Shown here: piece by piece, positions 43,901 to 64,000 of the stretch
How the letters are laid out: each line of letters starts with the position of its first letter
Numbering within the stretch: position 1 is the first letter of the stretch
Source of the DNA: the human T2T-CHM13v2.0 reference genome, Homo sapiens
Assembly: GCF_009914755.1 (NCBI RefSeq)
Contig: NC_060932.1
Strand: one strand, 5' to 3'
DNA length: 64,000 bases
Made by a program: the position numbers and the translations under genes
Notes under the pieces: generated by a model
Databases searched by the model: none
Told to the model about the DNA's origin: nothing
The model's input: the letters and a program-made list of their open reading frames with translations, nothing else

Positions 43901-45024
43901 CAATAAAGCATGGTTGAAAAAATAGCACTTGATAAAGGTGAGGAGACCAGCTTAGGAGCAGGGGGAGAAGGAAAGGAAAGCCAAGCCATCTTGTCACCCA
44001 GAATATAGTGTAGGCCCTGTACACTGTGTTAGAATCAAGGCAGAAATTTTATATCTGAACTTGAGACGATCAACGAGGATGGAGAATGTCTAGAAGTCTA
44101 AAGCACCATGCAAAGTCACACATGATTAAGAAGATGCCTTACATTATTAATATCAGTGCTGGGGAGATTGTGGAGAATTACGCACTGCTATGCTTGAGGA
44201 AGCGTGTTTAGTACAATGTTGAAAATGAATTAAGCTGTACATAAAGAGCCTTAAACACTTCAATTAATCTAGGAATCTATCCTATGGAAATAACAAAAAT
44301 GACAAAGAGAAGGGTGCCCATTCCAGAGTTTGTTGTGTGTGTGGTTTTTTTTAAATAATGGGGAGAATTTGGAAAATAGCTAGTTATTCATAGAAGGGGA
44401 AATGGAAGATAATTATGCTTTTTGCAGCACAGAAATAGATAAATCTATTGTCTTCTGTACACTCAGTTGAACATTATGCAGCCATTATGTGTGGTATTTG
44501 AAAAAAAAGTATTGGCAGAGGGTAATGCTTATGAAATAGAATGTGAAAAATAGAATACAAAATTATATTTATGATATGATCTCAATTGTATATATGGGTG
44601 TTTAAGTTCACAAACTTAAGGTTTCCAGATATAAGGACCTAGGTTGGTTTGTTCACTGCTCAGCCACCAGCCTGGAACATAGTAAGTACTCTATAAATAC
44701 TTGGGAAGTGCTTGAAAAACGTATATAAAAAGCTGAAAATAAATACATCATTACTAGTTGTAAGATTGCAGAATATTTGATTTCCTCTTTTTCTTTTTCA
44801 CATCTCCTACAGGGGGCGTGTAATCACTCTGTGACTGGTGGCTGCAGGCTCTCCTAATGGATATTTCCTATTTACAGGGCTACCAACTGCCAAGCATCCA
44901 AGCAGTCCCTAGGCAGCAATCCAGCAGCTGACAGGGTTACCGGCGTCAACTGCCACAGATGCTAGGCTGGTTTGCCATATTTACATGGATTTGATCAGCA
45001 ATGAGCACAAAAGATAGAGATTGT

Positions 45025-47090
<2,066 letters not shown>

Positions 47091-47268
47091 CGATTAGGGA
47101 CCATGATTTTGCATCTGCAGCCACAAGCGCCTGCTAACTGTCATGAGAAACTGACCCTCCCAGTCATATGTAGAGGCCTCTGCCATGGCAAAGAGCAGAC
47201 CCCAGTGCATTCCGTCTGATCCCAGGAAGATTGGAAGGACAAAGAAGCTGGAGGGGCGGGAGCTACCT

Positions 47269-48336
47269 TGTTGCGGGAAGTCAGGGACCCCAAACGGAGG
47301 GACCGGCGGAAGCCATGGCAGAAGAACGTGGATTGTGAAGATTTTATGGACATTTATTAGTTCCCCAAATTAATACTTTTATAATTTCTTATGCCTGTCT
47401 TTACTGCAATCTCTAAACATAAATTGTAAACATTTCATGGACACTTATCACTTCCCCAATCAGTACCCTTGCGATTTCCTATGCCTGTCTTTACTTTAAT
47501 CTCTTAATCCTGTCAGCTGAGGAAGATGTATGTCGCCTCAGGACCCTGTAATAATTGCATTAACTGCACAAATTGTAGAGCATGTGTGTTTGAGCAATAT
47601 GAAATGTGGGCACCTTGAAAAAAGAACAGGATAACAGCAATTGTTCAGGGAATAAGAGATAACCTTAAGCTCTGACCTCCAGTGAGCCGGGCAGAACAGA
47701 GTCATATTTCTCTTCTTTCAAAAGCAAATGGGAGAAATATCGCTGAATTCTTTTTCTCAGCATGGAACATCCCTGAGAAAGAGAATACGCACCTGGAGGT
47801 ATAGGCTTATAAACAGTCCCCCCAGGTGCGCCTGTCTCTTATGGTCGAAACTGCAGAGATGAGATAGACTCCAGTCTCCCATAGCGCTCCCAGGCTTATT
47901 AGGAAGAGGAAATTCCCACCTAATAATTTTGGTGAGACTGGTTGCTCTCAAAACGCTGTCTCCTGATAAGATGTTATCAATGACAATGGTGCCCGAAACT
48001 TCATTAGCAATTTTAATTTCGCCTCGGTCCTGTGGTCCTGTGATCTCGCCCTGCCTCCACTTGCCTTGTGATATTCTATTACCCTGTTAAGTACTTGATG
48101 TCTGTGACCCACACTTATTCGCACACTCCCTCCCCTTTTGAAAATCCCTAATAAAAACTTGCTGGTTTTTGTGGCTTGTGGGGCATCAGGGAACCTACCG
48201 ACATGTGATGTCTCCTCTGGACGCCCAGCTTTAAAATTTCTCTCTTTTTTACTCTGTCCCTTTATTTCTCAAGCCAGCCGATGCTTAGGAAAAATAGAAA
48301 AGAACTTACGTGAATATCGGGGCAGATTCCCCAATA
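47269..48336 (+). mobile_element. MER11 (probably MER11C) solo LTR of HERV-K11/HML-8
   Basis: Starts TGTTGCGGGAAGTCAGGGACCCCAAACGGAGGGACCGG and is 1068 bp long. AATAAA at 48150-48155. Perfect 6-bp TSD CTACCT at 47263-47268 and 48337-48342. Confidence 0.92.
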
Positions 48337-48959
48337 CTACCTGTTACCGGTTCCTTCTCCACACGCAGGTACTTCACTCTTGCTGCTCTGCAGAGAATGA
48401 GTTGGAGGAGCAGAAGCCAGATGCTCCCCTAAAACAGCTTTCTGTGTTTCCCTGGTCCTGAGAGTGTTGTAGGAAAACAATTCTGGCAGCAGCACGGAGA
48501 GCAGGCTGGGGCTCTCTGAGACTCTCCCCTGGCTGGATGTGGAGAAGGAGGTCACCAAGGCTGTGGCCATGCCAGGGCGGTCCCTTATGCCTGGAGGAGG
48601 GTGAGCTGTGGGATGGCAAAGAGTCTCCTCTCCAATTCAGGCTTCTCTAAGCCCTCCTCCCAACTAGGCTCCAATCTTGGTCTTTAAGAACTGCAGACTC
48701 TCAACATAAATGGTTTTGTCCACACATCAGATGCAGGCGAACCCCACCATCAGGGCTCGGCCTGGGAGGGTTCTTGGCTTTGCACAGGAAGGAATTCAAG
48801 AGTGAGTTGACAGAGTAAAGTGAAAGCAAAGCACATTTATCAGAGCAACAGAGTATAGGAAAATGCCTGCTCTGTAGACAGAGCAGGGCTACCCCACAGG
48901 CAGGGCAGCACTGGTGGACGGCTGGCTAGCAGTCTTCATAGCTACTCCTGAGTTATATG

Positions 48960-49327
48960 TGATATGTTTTGGATCTGTGTCCCCACCCAAATCTCATGCT
49001 GAAATTTAATCCCCAATGCTGGCGGTGGGCCTGGTGGGAGGGGACTGGATGACAATGGTGGATTTCCCCCTTAATGCTCTTCTGAGAGTGAGTGAGTTCT
49101 TGAGAGCTGGTCATTTAAAGGTGTGTGGCACCTCTACCCCCTCTCTTCTCTCTTCCTCCTGCTTCCACCATGTAAAGTGCTGGCTCCCCCTTTGCCTTCT
49201 GCCAAGAAGCAGGTTCTGCCATGCTTCCTGTACAGCCTGCAGAACCATGGGCCAATTAACCCTCTTTCTTTATAAACTACCCAGTCTTGGATATTTCTTT
49301 ATAGCAGTGTGAGAATGGACTAATGCA
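48960..49327 (+). mobile_element. MSTA/MSTB MaLR solo LTR
   Basis: TGATATGTTTTGGATCTGTGTCCCCACCCAAATCTCATG ... GAGAATGGACTAATGCA, with a 5-bp TSD ATATG at 48955-48959 and 49328-49332. Confidence 0.88.
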
Positions 49328-49350
49328 ATATGCTAAAGAAGGGGTGGGTT

Positions 49351-49632
49351 GGCCGGGTGCGGTGGCTCACACCTGTTATCCCAGCACTTTGGGAGGCCGA
49401 GGCAGGAGGATCACGAGGTCAGGAGATCAAGACCATCCTGGCCAACATGGCAAAACCTGTCTCTACTAAAAATACAGAAATTAGCCGGGCATAGTGACAC
49501 GTGCCTGTAATCCCAGCTACTCAGGAGGCTGAGGCAGGAGAATCACTTGAACCTGGGAGGCGCAGGTGAACTGAGATTGTGCCACTGCACTCCAGCTTGG
49601 GCGACAGAGTGAGACTCTGTTTCAAAAACAAA
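49351..49632 (+). repeat. Alu
   Basis: Near-perfect TSD AAAGAAGG(G/A)GTGGGTT. Confidence 0.92.
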
Positions 49633-49945
49633 AAAGAAGGAGTGGGTTATTCACAAGTTTTCTACAAAAGGAGTGGGCAGTTCCCTGAACGGAGGAACCC
49701 TCTCTTTTAAGCCGTATAAGGGGAACCTGTGGTGCTGCTATGGCATCTGTAAACAGTCACACGCTGGCGGGCATGTCTTATGCTAATGTATTAATTACAA
49801 TTTGCGTGTAATGAGCAGTGAGGGCAACTAGGGCTGTTCCTATCCCCATCTTTGTCCTGGCTGGGTGTGGCCAGCTGCCGCACTGCATCCTGCCTGGATC
49901 AGCCAGGCCTCGATTGTTGCTGGGAAAAGAAGTCCCATGGGGGGC

Positions 49946-50168
49946 CCACTTCACATCCTGCACTGAGACGCACACAAACCCTGGTGCGGCCTCCAGCCCT
50001 CAGGCTGACCCGGAGTGACCACTTCACATCCCGCACTGAGACGCACACAAACCCTGGTACGGCCTCCAGCCCTCAGGCTGGCCCGGAGTGACCACTTCAC
50101 ATCCCGCACTGAGACGCACACAAACCCTGGGGCGGCCTCCAGCCCTCAGGCTGGCCTGGAGTGACCAC
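49946..50168. repeat. 73-bp tandem repeat, 3 copies
   Basis: CCACTTCACATCC starts at 49946, 50019 and 50092. Confidence 0.95.
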
Positions 50169-50287
50169 AGCCACTTTAGAATGTGTGCCAGAGGCAGCTT
50201 AATGTCACCAAAAGAACTTGTTCCAAGCAAGCCCGGGAGGACAGGGGAAGAGAAGAGACCTGGTCAGTGGAGGAGCCACAGGTAACA

Positions 50288-50500
50288 GCTGGACTCTCTT
50301 CGTCCGTCCGCCCCCCACAGTCCCCGCTGGACTCTCTTGGTCCGTCCGCCCCCCACAGTCCCCGCTGGACTCTCTTGGTCCGTCCCCCACAGTCCCCGCT
50401 GGACTCTCTTGGTCCATCTGCCCCCCACAGTCCCCGCTGGACTCTCTTGGTCCGTCTGCCCCCCACAGTCCCCGCTGGACTCTCTTGGTCCGTCTGTCCC
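50288..50500. repeat. 38-bp C-rich minisatellite, ~5.6 copies
   Basis: GCTGGACTCTCTT starts at 50288, 50326, 50364, 50398, 50436 and 50474. Confidence 0.95.
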
Positions 50501-50679
50501 CTAGCCCCTACTGTTCTGGATGTCTGCCCATTGCCACAGCCCAGAAGCTGGGAATCTCAGCTGTGCCCTCAAAGACTGGACGTCAGGTGAGCTGTCCATC
50601 CTTCCAGTGAGTGCCTTCTACTCTGCCTGGAGCTTCTCTACCTAGCAAATGCCTCTAGGGCTTAAAAGAGCCTCCTTGT

Positions 50680-51150
50680 CCATTCAGCAAGTATGTATTG
50701 GGTACCACCTGTGCGCCAGGCTGTGTGCAGGAACTGGGGCTTTCTCCTCGTGGAGTGCAGTCTGCTGGGCTGGAGACATACGAATACTAAACAAGACACA
50801 GCAGAAAAAGGGGAGCCGAGTGCCCCAGGAGCACACGACATAAGCCAGCCTGATCTGTGGGGTCAGGGAGGCCATTCTGAGGCTGTAGCCAGGTAGAGAG
50901 TGGCTTAAGCCATGGAACTGTGTGGCAGAGGCCCCATGGCACAGGACAGTGTGGCAAGTCAGGAAAAGCCTGAGGCTAAGTTGGGGAGGAAGAGGTACAG
51001 GTGAGACTAGAGATGGGGCCAAACTATGGGGGACCCTGTTAGCCTGCACTTCATTCCAGGATCACAGGACACTGCTAATGGGTTCTGACAGTGGCTGTGT
51101 TGTTTTTTTTACGTTCTCTGGCTGCTCTATGGCGGTGTTGATGCCCCTGA
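50680..51150 (-). mobile_element. L2 fragment
   Basis: CATTCAGCAAGTATGTATTGGGTACCACCTGTGCGCCAGGCTGTGTGC, an antisense L2 tail. Confidence 0.6.
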
Positions 51151-51419
51151 TGGGAAATGTTAGGGACCTGTGTTAGCACGACTCCTGTGGGGGTAAGGAG
51201 GAGAAGGAACAGGAACCCCCAGTTTGGGTGGCAGATGGGACGCAGACAGCGAGAGTGAGAAAAGTCAACATTGGAGCCAGAGGTGACCCTGTGTGGGCTA
51301 GGCCCAGGTGGCCGTCATGGCCACCACACCAGAAAAGAAGCAACAAGTGGGGAAATGTTTGCAAAATAGACACAGGCCTCACCCAAATCAATGAAATAAG
51401 ACAAATAAAAAATTTTCCG

Positions 51420-54255
<2,836 letters not shown>

Positions 54256-54323
54256 CTATTTTTGCCTTGTCTTAAATTGATCTCTAGCAGTGCCTTTTTC
54301 CCCACACCCACGTATTATTTCAG

Positions 54324-54433
54324 GGGTCAGTGACATTTGATGACGTGGCTGCATATTTCACAAGGAGGAAATGGATGCATCTAGCTCTTCACCAAAAGGC
54401 GGCTGGAGAACTGTGGGAACTTGACCTGGCTGG
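54324..54433 (+). pseudogene. Disabled KRAB-A exon
   Basis: Acceptor TATTATTTCAG|GGG. It reads GSVTFDDVAAYFTRRKWMHLALHQKA, then in a shifted frame LENCGNLTWL, with donor TGG|GTGGCT. Length is 110 nt versus the typical 127, so ~17 nt (the LYRDVM segment) are missing. Confidence 0.85.
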
Positions 54434-54701
54434 GTGGCTCTGCCCTCTCCCCTGCCCCTCTCCAGGCTCTCTGAGTACTTCACTTGTTGAGAATGAGGGC
54501 AATTCCACATCCTTTCTAGACCTAGAAACTAGACCCTTTCTCCACGTGACAGACCTGAGCTCCACAGGGAGGAAAGAGGCTGGGCCTGAGGTAGCCCCTC
54601 TCTCCAAGTTCCCTATAGATGTTGCACCATGGAATTCCACTCATGCTTGGCAGGACTTGCTGTCTCCCCAGCATGATTTGGTATAGTCCTGATGAATCTG
54701 A

Positions 54702-54987
<286 letters not shown>

Positions 54988-55015
<28 letters not shown>

Positions 55016-56053
55016 AGAGTCTGAACCGTACAGGCATGAGTCATTGTACCCAGCCAGAGTCTGAACCTTACAGGCATGAGTCACTGCACCCAGCCAGAGT
55101 CTGAACCTTACAGGCATGAGCACTGCACCCAGCCAGAATCTGAACCTTACAGGCATAAGCCCCTACTCCCAGCCAGAGTCTGAACCTTACAGGCATGAGT
55201 CACTGCACCCAGCCAGAGTCTGAACCTTACAGGCAGGAGTCACTGCACCCAGCCAGAGTCTGAACCTTACAGGCATGAGCACTGCACCCAGCCAGAGTCT
55301 GAACCTTACAGGCATAAGCCCCTACTCCCAGCCAGTCTGAACCTTACAGGCATGAGTCATTGTACCCAGCCAGAGTCTGAACCTTACAGGCATGAGCCCC
55401 TACTCCCAGCCAGAGTCTGAACCTTACAGGCATGAGCACTGCACCCAGCCAGAGTCTGAACCTTACAGGCATGAGCACTGCACCCAGCCAGAGTCTGAAC
55501 CTTACAGGCATGAGTCATTGTACCCAGCCAGAGTCTGAACCTTACAGGCATGAGCACTGCACTCAGCCAGAGTCTGAACCTTACAGGCATGAGCCCCTAC
55601 TCCCAGCCAGAGTCTGAACCTTACAGGCATGAGCACTTCACCCAGCCAGAGTCTGAACCTTACAGGCATGAGTCATTGCACCCAGCCAGAGTCTGAACCT
55701 TACAGGCATGAGCAGTGCACCCAGCCAGAGTCTGAACCTTACAGGCATGAGCACTTCACCCAGCCAGAGTCTGAACCTTACAGGCATGAGTCATTGCACC
55801 CAGCCAGAGTCTGAACCTTACAGGCATGAGCAGTGCACCCAGCCAGAGTCTGAACCTTACAGGCATGAGCAGTGCACCCAGCCAGAGTCTGAACCTTACA
55901 GGCATGAGCACTGCACCCAGCCAGAGTCTGAACCTTATAGGCATAAGCCCCTACTCCCAGCAAGAGTCTGAACCTTACAGGCATAAGCCCCTACTCCCAG
56001 CCAGAGCCTGAACCTTACAGGCATGAGCACTGCACCCAGCCAGAGTCTGAACC
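54988..56053. repeat. Alu-derived 39-40-bp minisatellite, 27 copies
   Basis: Unit TTACAGGCAT[GAGTCATTGTA/GAGCACTGCA/AAGCCCCTACT etc.]CCCAGCCAGAGTCTGAACC. 27 CTGAACC cores counted from 55021 to 56047. Confidence 0.97.
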
Positions 56054-56284
56054 TCTTAATCACCTTGCACTCTTTTCTCCCTTTCCCCTTCTTTCTCCCT
56101 CAGCCATGACTCACCCTCATCCCTCCCCACCCCGGACATAGTTTTATCTTTAGAGCCCCTACCTATTCCACCATCCTGGGCCTTCCTACCTGGTCCAGCT
56201 GAATCTCTCTGCCTGCTCTCTGCAGACCGTAGGCTTTGGTTCTCAGCAGAAATGCACGTGTTGTGTTTCCATCTCTGCCAGCAG

Positions 56285-56398
56285 AATTTTCAGGCCTCAA
56301 ACCTGACCTGATCTTCTAGCTGGAGAGAGAGGAAGAGCCATGGCTGCCAGATGTTCCAGGGACTGAAAATACAGACACACAGAGATGCTCCTTCCCAG
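56285..56398 (+). pseudogene. Disabled KRAB-B exon (114 nt)
   Basis: Acceptor CTGCCAGCAG|AA. It reads FSGLKPDLIF*LEREEEPWLPDVPGTENTDTQRCSFP with an in-frame TAG at 56317-56319 and donor CAG|GTGAGA. Length and phase equal the ZNF251 KRAB-B exon. Confidence 0.88.
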
Positions 56399-56474
56399 GT
56401 GAGAAGAGGGAAGCAGTTCTGGAGGAGGCAGTAGTGGGATACATTAGGAGACATAACCTGAAAAAACAGAGCCA

Positions 56475-59990
<3,516 letters not shown>

Positions 59991-60026
59991 AAGGCAACTT
60001 CAACTCTATTGACATAAAAAGTATGA

Positions 60027-60393
<367 letters not shown>

Positions 60394-60633
60394 TGAATTT
60401 TCTGATATTGAGGAAATAGCAAAAGTGAAGATCCTAGGTGCTGCAATGACAAGCATTACGGTATTTTCTTTTTAAAATGCTCTCCAGTATGTCTCGAAAA
60501 TATTCGTAAATCAGCAGCAATGAATTTTTTTTCTAAGTGGGAGAGATCACAGAAGCTTCTTTTTTGCCCACTTTTCTGTCTCAATTTCTCTAAAATGAAC
60601 ATGCACTGCTTTTGATTTAAGAAAAGAGGTTTG

Positions 60634-60639
60634 TTTAAT
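60634..60639 (-). terminator. Candidate ZNF34 poly(A) signal (ATTAAA)
   Basis: TTTAAT on the plus strand, ~125 nt past the stop codon. Confidence 0.5.
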
Positions 60640-60761
60640 GAGAAACGTCCTTTCACTCTGTGAAAACATCGTGTGGATAATACATAAAGGGCAGAGTCAG
60701 GTGCCGGGGGCGCATGCAGGAAGTGCTCAGCTGGACTCTGCCCTCGGACACCGCGCCACTG

Positions 60762-62101
60762 TTACATGGAGAAGTCCTCCCGGAGGTGAATCCGCTGATG
60801 CTGACACATGTTGGAACTGTGCCGGAAGGCCTTCCCACACTCGCTGCACTTGTAGGGCTTCTCCCCGGTGTGGATCCTCCGGTGCTGAATCAAGTACGTG
60901 CTCTGGCTGAAGGCTTTCTTGCAATCGCTGCATCTGTAGGGTTTCTCTCCGTGGTGCAGCCTCTGGTGGTGGATGAGTCTGGAACTGTTGTGGAAGGCCT
61001 TCCCACACTCGCTGCACTTGTAGGGCTTCTCTCCTGTGTGGATTCTCTGGTGCTGGATGAGGTGTGTGCTTTGGCTGAAAACTTTGCCACAGTCATTGCA
61101 TTCATAGGGCTTCTCTCCAGTGTGGCTTCTCTGATGTTCCACGAGTTTGGTTTTTTGAATGAAAGCTTTCTCACATTCATTACATTTATAGGGTTTCTCT
61201 CCAGTGTGAATTCTCTGATGTTGGATAAGGTTAGAACTTTGTGTAAAGCCTTTGCCACATTCCTTGCACTCAAATGGCTTCTCTCCGGTGTGAGTCCGAC
61301 GATGTCGGATAAGGATTGAGCCATCACTGAAGGCTTTCCCGCAGTCATTACATTTATAGGGTTTCTCTCCGGTGTGGATTCTCTGGTGATAAATCAGGGA
61401 AGAGTAGGCGCTAAAGTGCTTCCCACACTCCCCACACTTGTAGGGTTTCTCCCCAGTGTGAATCCTCTGGTGCTTCATGAGGTTGGGCCTCCGGGTGAAT
61501 GTCTTCCCACACTCGTCACACCGGTAGGGAATCTCTCCTGAGTGCATCCTTCGGTGATTGATGAACTCGCAGCTCTGGCTGAAGGCTTTCCCACACTCAT
61601 CACATTTGTAGGGCTTCTCTTCAGTGTGAAGCCGCTGATGCTTGACAAGGTTGGCACTGTACCTGAATGTTTTCCCACAGTAACTGCAATAATGCAATTT
61701 TTTCCCAGTAGGAATTTTCTGATCTTCTTTAACAACTAAGTTTGCACTGAAGATTTCCCCAGAGTTACGAACTGTATTTGTTTTTTTTGACCTGTGTACA
61801 CGCTTATGGTTGTTGAGATATGATCTCTGTTCAAAACTTTGCTCACATATATCACATTTGTGAGGTCTCTGATCAGGAACAGGTCTTGACAGCAACCTGA
61901 GGTTTCCCCCAGACTCCCTGCTGCTCTCCCCGTTGGTCAGTGTGACTGCCCTGGGGCCTCTCTGCTCCACTAGCTTTTCCAGGCTCCCCTCTGACTTACT
62001 GATGTGGTCACAGGCTTCTACTGGCTCAGATCCCTGGGGATCTTCCTCACCAAATGTCTCCTGTGAAGTCAACTCCTTGTACTCAGTTCTGGTCCCAAGA
62101 G
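60762..62101 (-). CDS. ZNF34: ZNF34 (KOX32) last coding exon: spacer, 1 isolated and 11 tandem C2H2 fingers; KRAB exons lie beyond the window
   Basis: The 436-aa ORF extends upstream to the acceptor TTTTTTGTTTCAG|CT (AG at 62103-62102, phase 1), giving [23 protein letters not shown]...HLREDFSM*. Protein recognised from memory. Confidence 0.93.
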
Positions 62102-62444
62102 CTGAAACAAAAAACAGAACATCTAAGGGTCACCTGCTCTGACTCTGGAAGGTAGGCATGAGATGCTGCTGGCCACCTGTGGGGAACCAATTTGATCATC
62201 TCCAAGGTCCCAACAGCCTTGCAAAGATAAGAGCCTGGAACTCAGAGGCTTATGCAGCTCACCTGGGGCCACAGTCATACAGCCCTTCAAACATTCACTC
62301 CTTCCTTCCTTGATTTGACACTCACACAACAAACCTCTCCTGGGTGGCCACTCCCCAAGAATGGAGAGTGACAAGTACCCAAGTGGTGTCCTGCCACATG
62401 GCCGCTCAGAGACTGATACCAGCAGCCACAGTCAGGATTGATTA

Positions 62445-62612
62445 GTCCTGGCCCCTACTTGCCAGCTGAGTCACCTGAGGCAACAACTCACCTACCTTTC
62501 TGAGCCTTGGTTTCTCCATCTGTGACCACATAGCACTCTCATGAGAACAAAACAGATTAATACAACAGACTGACCATGAAGCACTCAGCCCAGTGCCCAG
62601 CACAGTGAGTTC
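62445..62612 (+). mobile_element. MIR
   Basis: TCCTGGCCCCTACTTGCCAGCTGAGTCACC...CTGAGCCTTGGTTTCTCCATCTGT...CAGTGCCCAGCACAGTGAG. Confidence 0.7.
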
Positions 62613-62719
62613 CAGGTGCAAGCACCTCATGACTGCCACTTTCATTACTGCTCTCTTCCTAGTCCTAAGGGGTCTATCCTTCCACCCCTTGCCTGGCTCT
62701 GCACTGCACATGAACAGGT

Positions 62720-63340
62720 GCTGAACACCAATATCTGCCAAGATGTGCAGCAGACGGTGCTCACACACTACTACAGGAGCCTATGCTGGAGCTGCTGCTT
62801 TGGAGGACGGCTTGGCAACCTTATCTAAAGCTGATCTATGAAAATGCTGACTCAGTGACTCTGCTCCCAGGTACACACGCGCCAGAAATGTATTCCGGGC
62901 GCCAGAGAGAGACATGCACAAGAGTGTCCACAGCAGTTCCTGTACAACCCCAAACCTGGACAACTGAATGTCCTCCACAAGTAGAAGGGAACATAAGTTG
63001 TGGTGTGTTCATACAATAGAACAATGGCAACCAAACAGACCACACTGCTACTCCATGAAACACAAGCAGCTCTCACAGTGTTCAGCAAAAGATGCCCTGT
63101 GTGAGTCTACACAGAAAAATCCAAAGGAGGAAGCAGCCTCTTGTGACAGGAGTCAGAAAGAAGACCCCTGTGGGGAGCAGTGGGAAATGGCAGAGGAGAG
63201 CCAGGGAGCTCCTGGGGAGCGGAAACAGTCTGTATTTTAATCTGAAGGATGATTTTTCATAAAAATTCACTGAGTTATAAACTTAGGGTTTGTCCTATTT
63301 CTATAGATATTTACATTCAAATAAGCAAATTTACAAAATA
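62720..63340 (+). mobile_element. Highly diverged L1 3' fragment
   Basis: GCAACCTTATCTAAAGCTGA, AAACCTGGACAACTGAATGTCCTCCACAAGTAGAA, TTCATACAATAGAA motifs. Confidence 0.55.
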
Positions 63341-63522
63341 AGAAGTCCTTTGAGCCAGCAGTTCCTTCCTCAGACACCATCAGACACATGCAAAAAGGTG
63401 ACCATCAGAGCTATCCAATCTTTTGGCCTGCACTTGCACTGAAGACATGACTGAGACTCATGCGCACAGAAATGGAAACACATTCCGTGTCTGCACAGCA
63501 GAACACACTATCATTTCTGTTA

Positions 63523-64000
<478 letters not shown>

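Larger units (their letters stand above)
48720..50220 (-). mobile_element. MER4-group ERV1 LTR, interrupted by an MST element and an Alu
   Basis: GGGAGGGTTCTTGGCTTTGCACAGGAAGGAATTCAAGAGTGAG motif. The sequence resumes after both inserts. Exact family uncertain. Confidence 0.6.

Noticed and set aside
54330-54686. 118-aa ORF starting with KRAB-like TFDDVAAYF as a real microprotein
   Set aside because: It starts at GTG, loses the KRAB frame after 24 residues and runs past the donor into intron.
60714-61319. 201-aa plus-strand ORF, and alternative-frame ORFs at 9417-10460 and 60727-61735
   Set aside because: Typical antisense or shifted-frame shadows of C2H2 arrays.

Overview
Primate, almost certainly human, genomic DNA that is very Alu-dense. 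It comes from a KRAB zinc-finger cluster that I recognise from the protein sequences as the ZNF251-ZNF34 region of 8q24.3. The window holds the complete ZNF251 gene on the minus strand. Its CpG-island promoter is at ~42.6-43.3 kb, and its coding exons are 42203-42235, 41699-41828, 41190-41303 and 9160-10898 (2016 nt, 671 aa), with a ~30 kb last intron. The zinc-finger exon of ZNF34 is at 60762-62101 (minus). Between the two genes lies a disabled plus-strand KRAB-A/KRAB-B exon pair with no zinc-finger exon, and its intron carries a 27-copy minisatellite born from an Alu/TSD junction. Also present are an orphan CpG island at 0.6-2 kb, a decayed class III ERV (protease/RT relics), a MER11 solo LTR, other LTRs, Tigger1, MER8, nested old L1s and at least five further tandem repeats. 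I found no convincing new multi-gene system. The best leads are the KRAB relic with its VNTR, a possible recursive splice site at the ZNF251 start exon, the fossil finger just past the ZNF251 stop codon, and a templated-insertion scar between inverted Alus. Repeat family names come from memory of consensus sequences, not from a search, and repeat boundaries are approximate unless a TSD is quoted.
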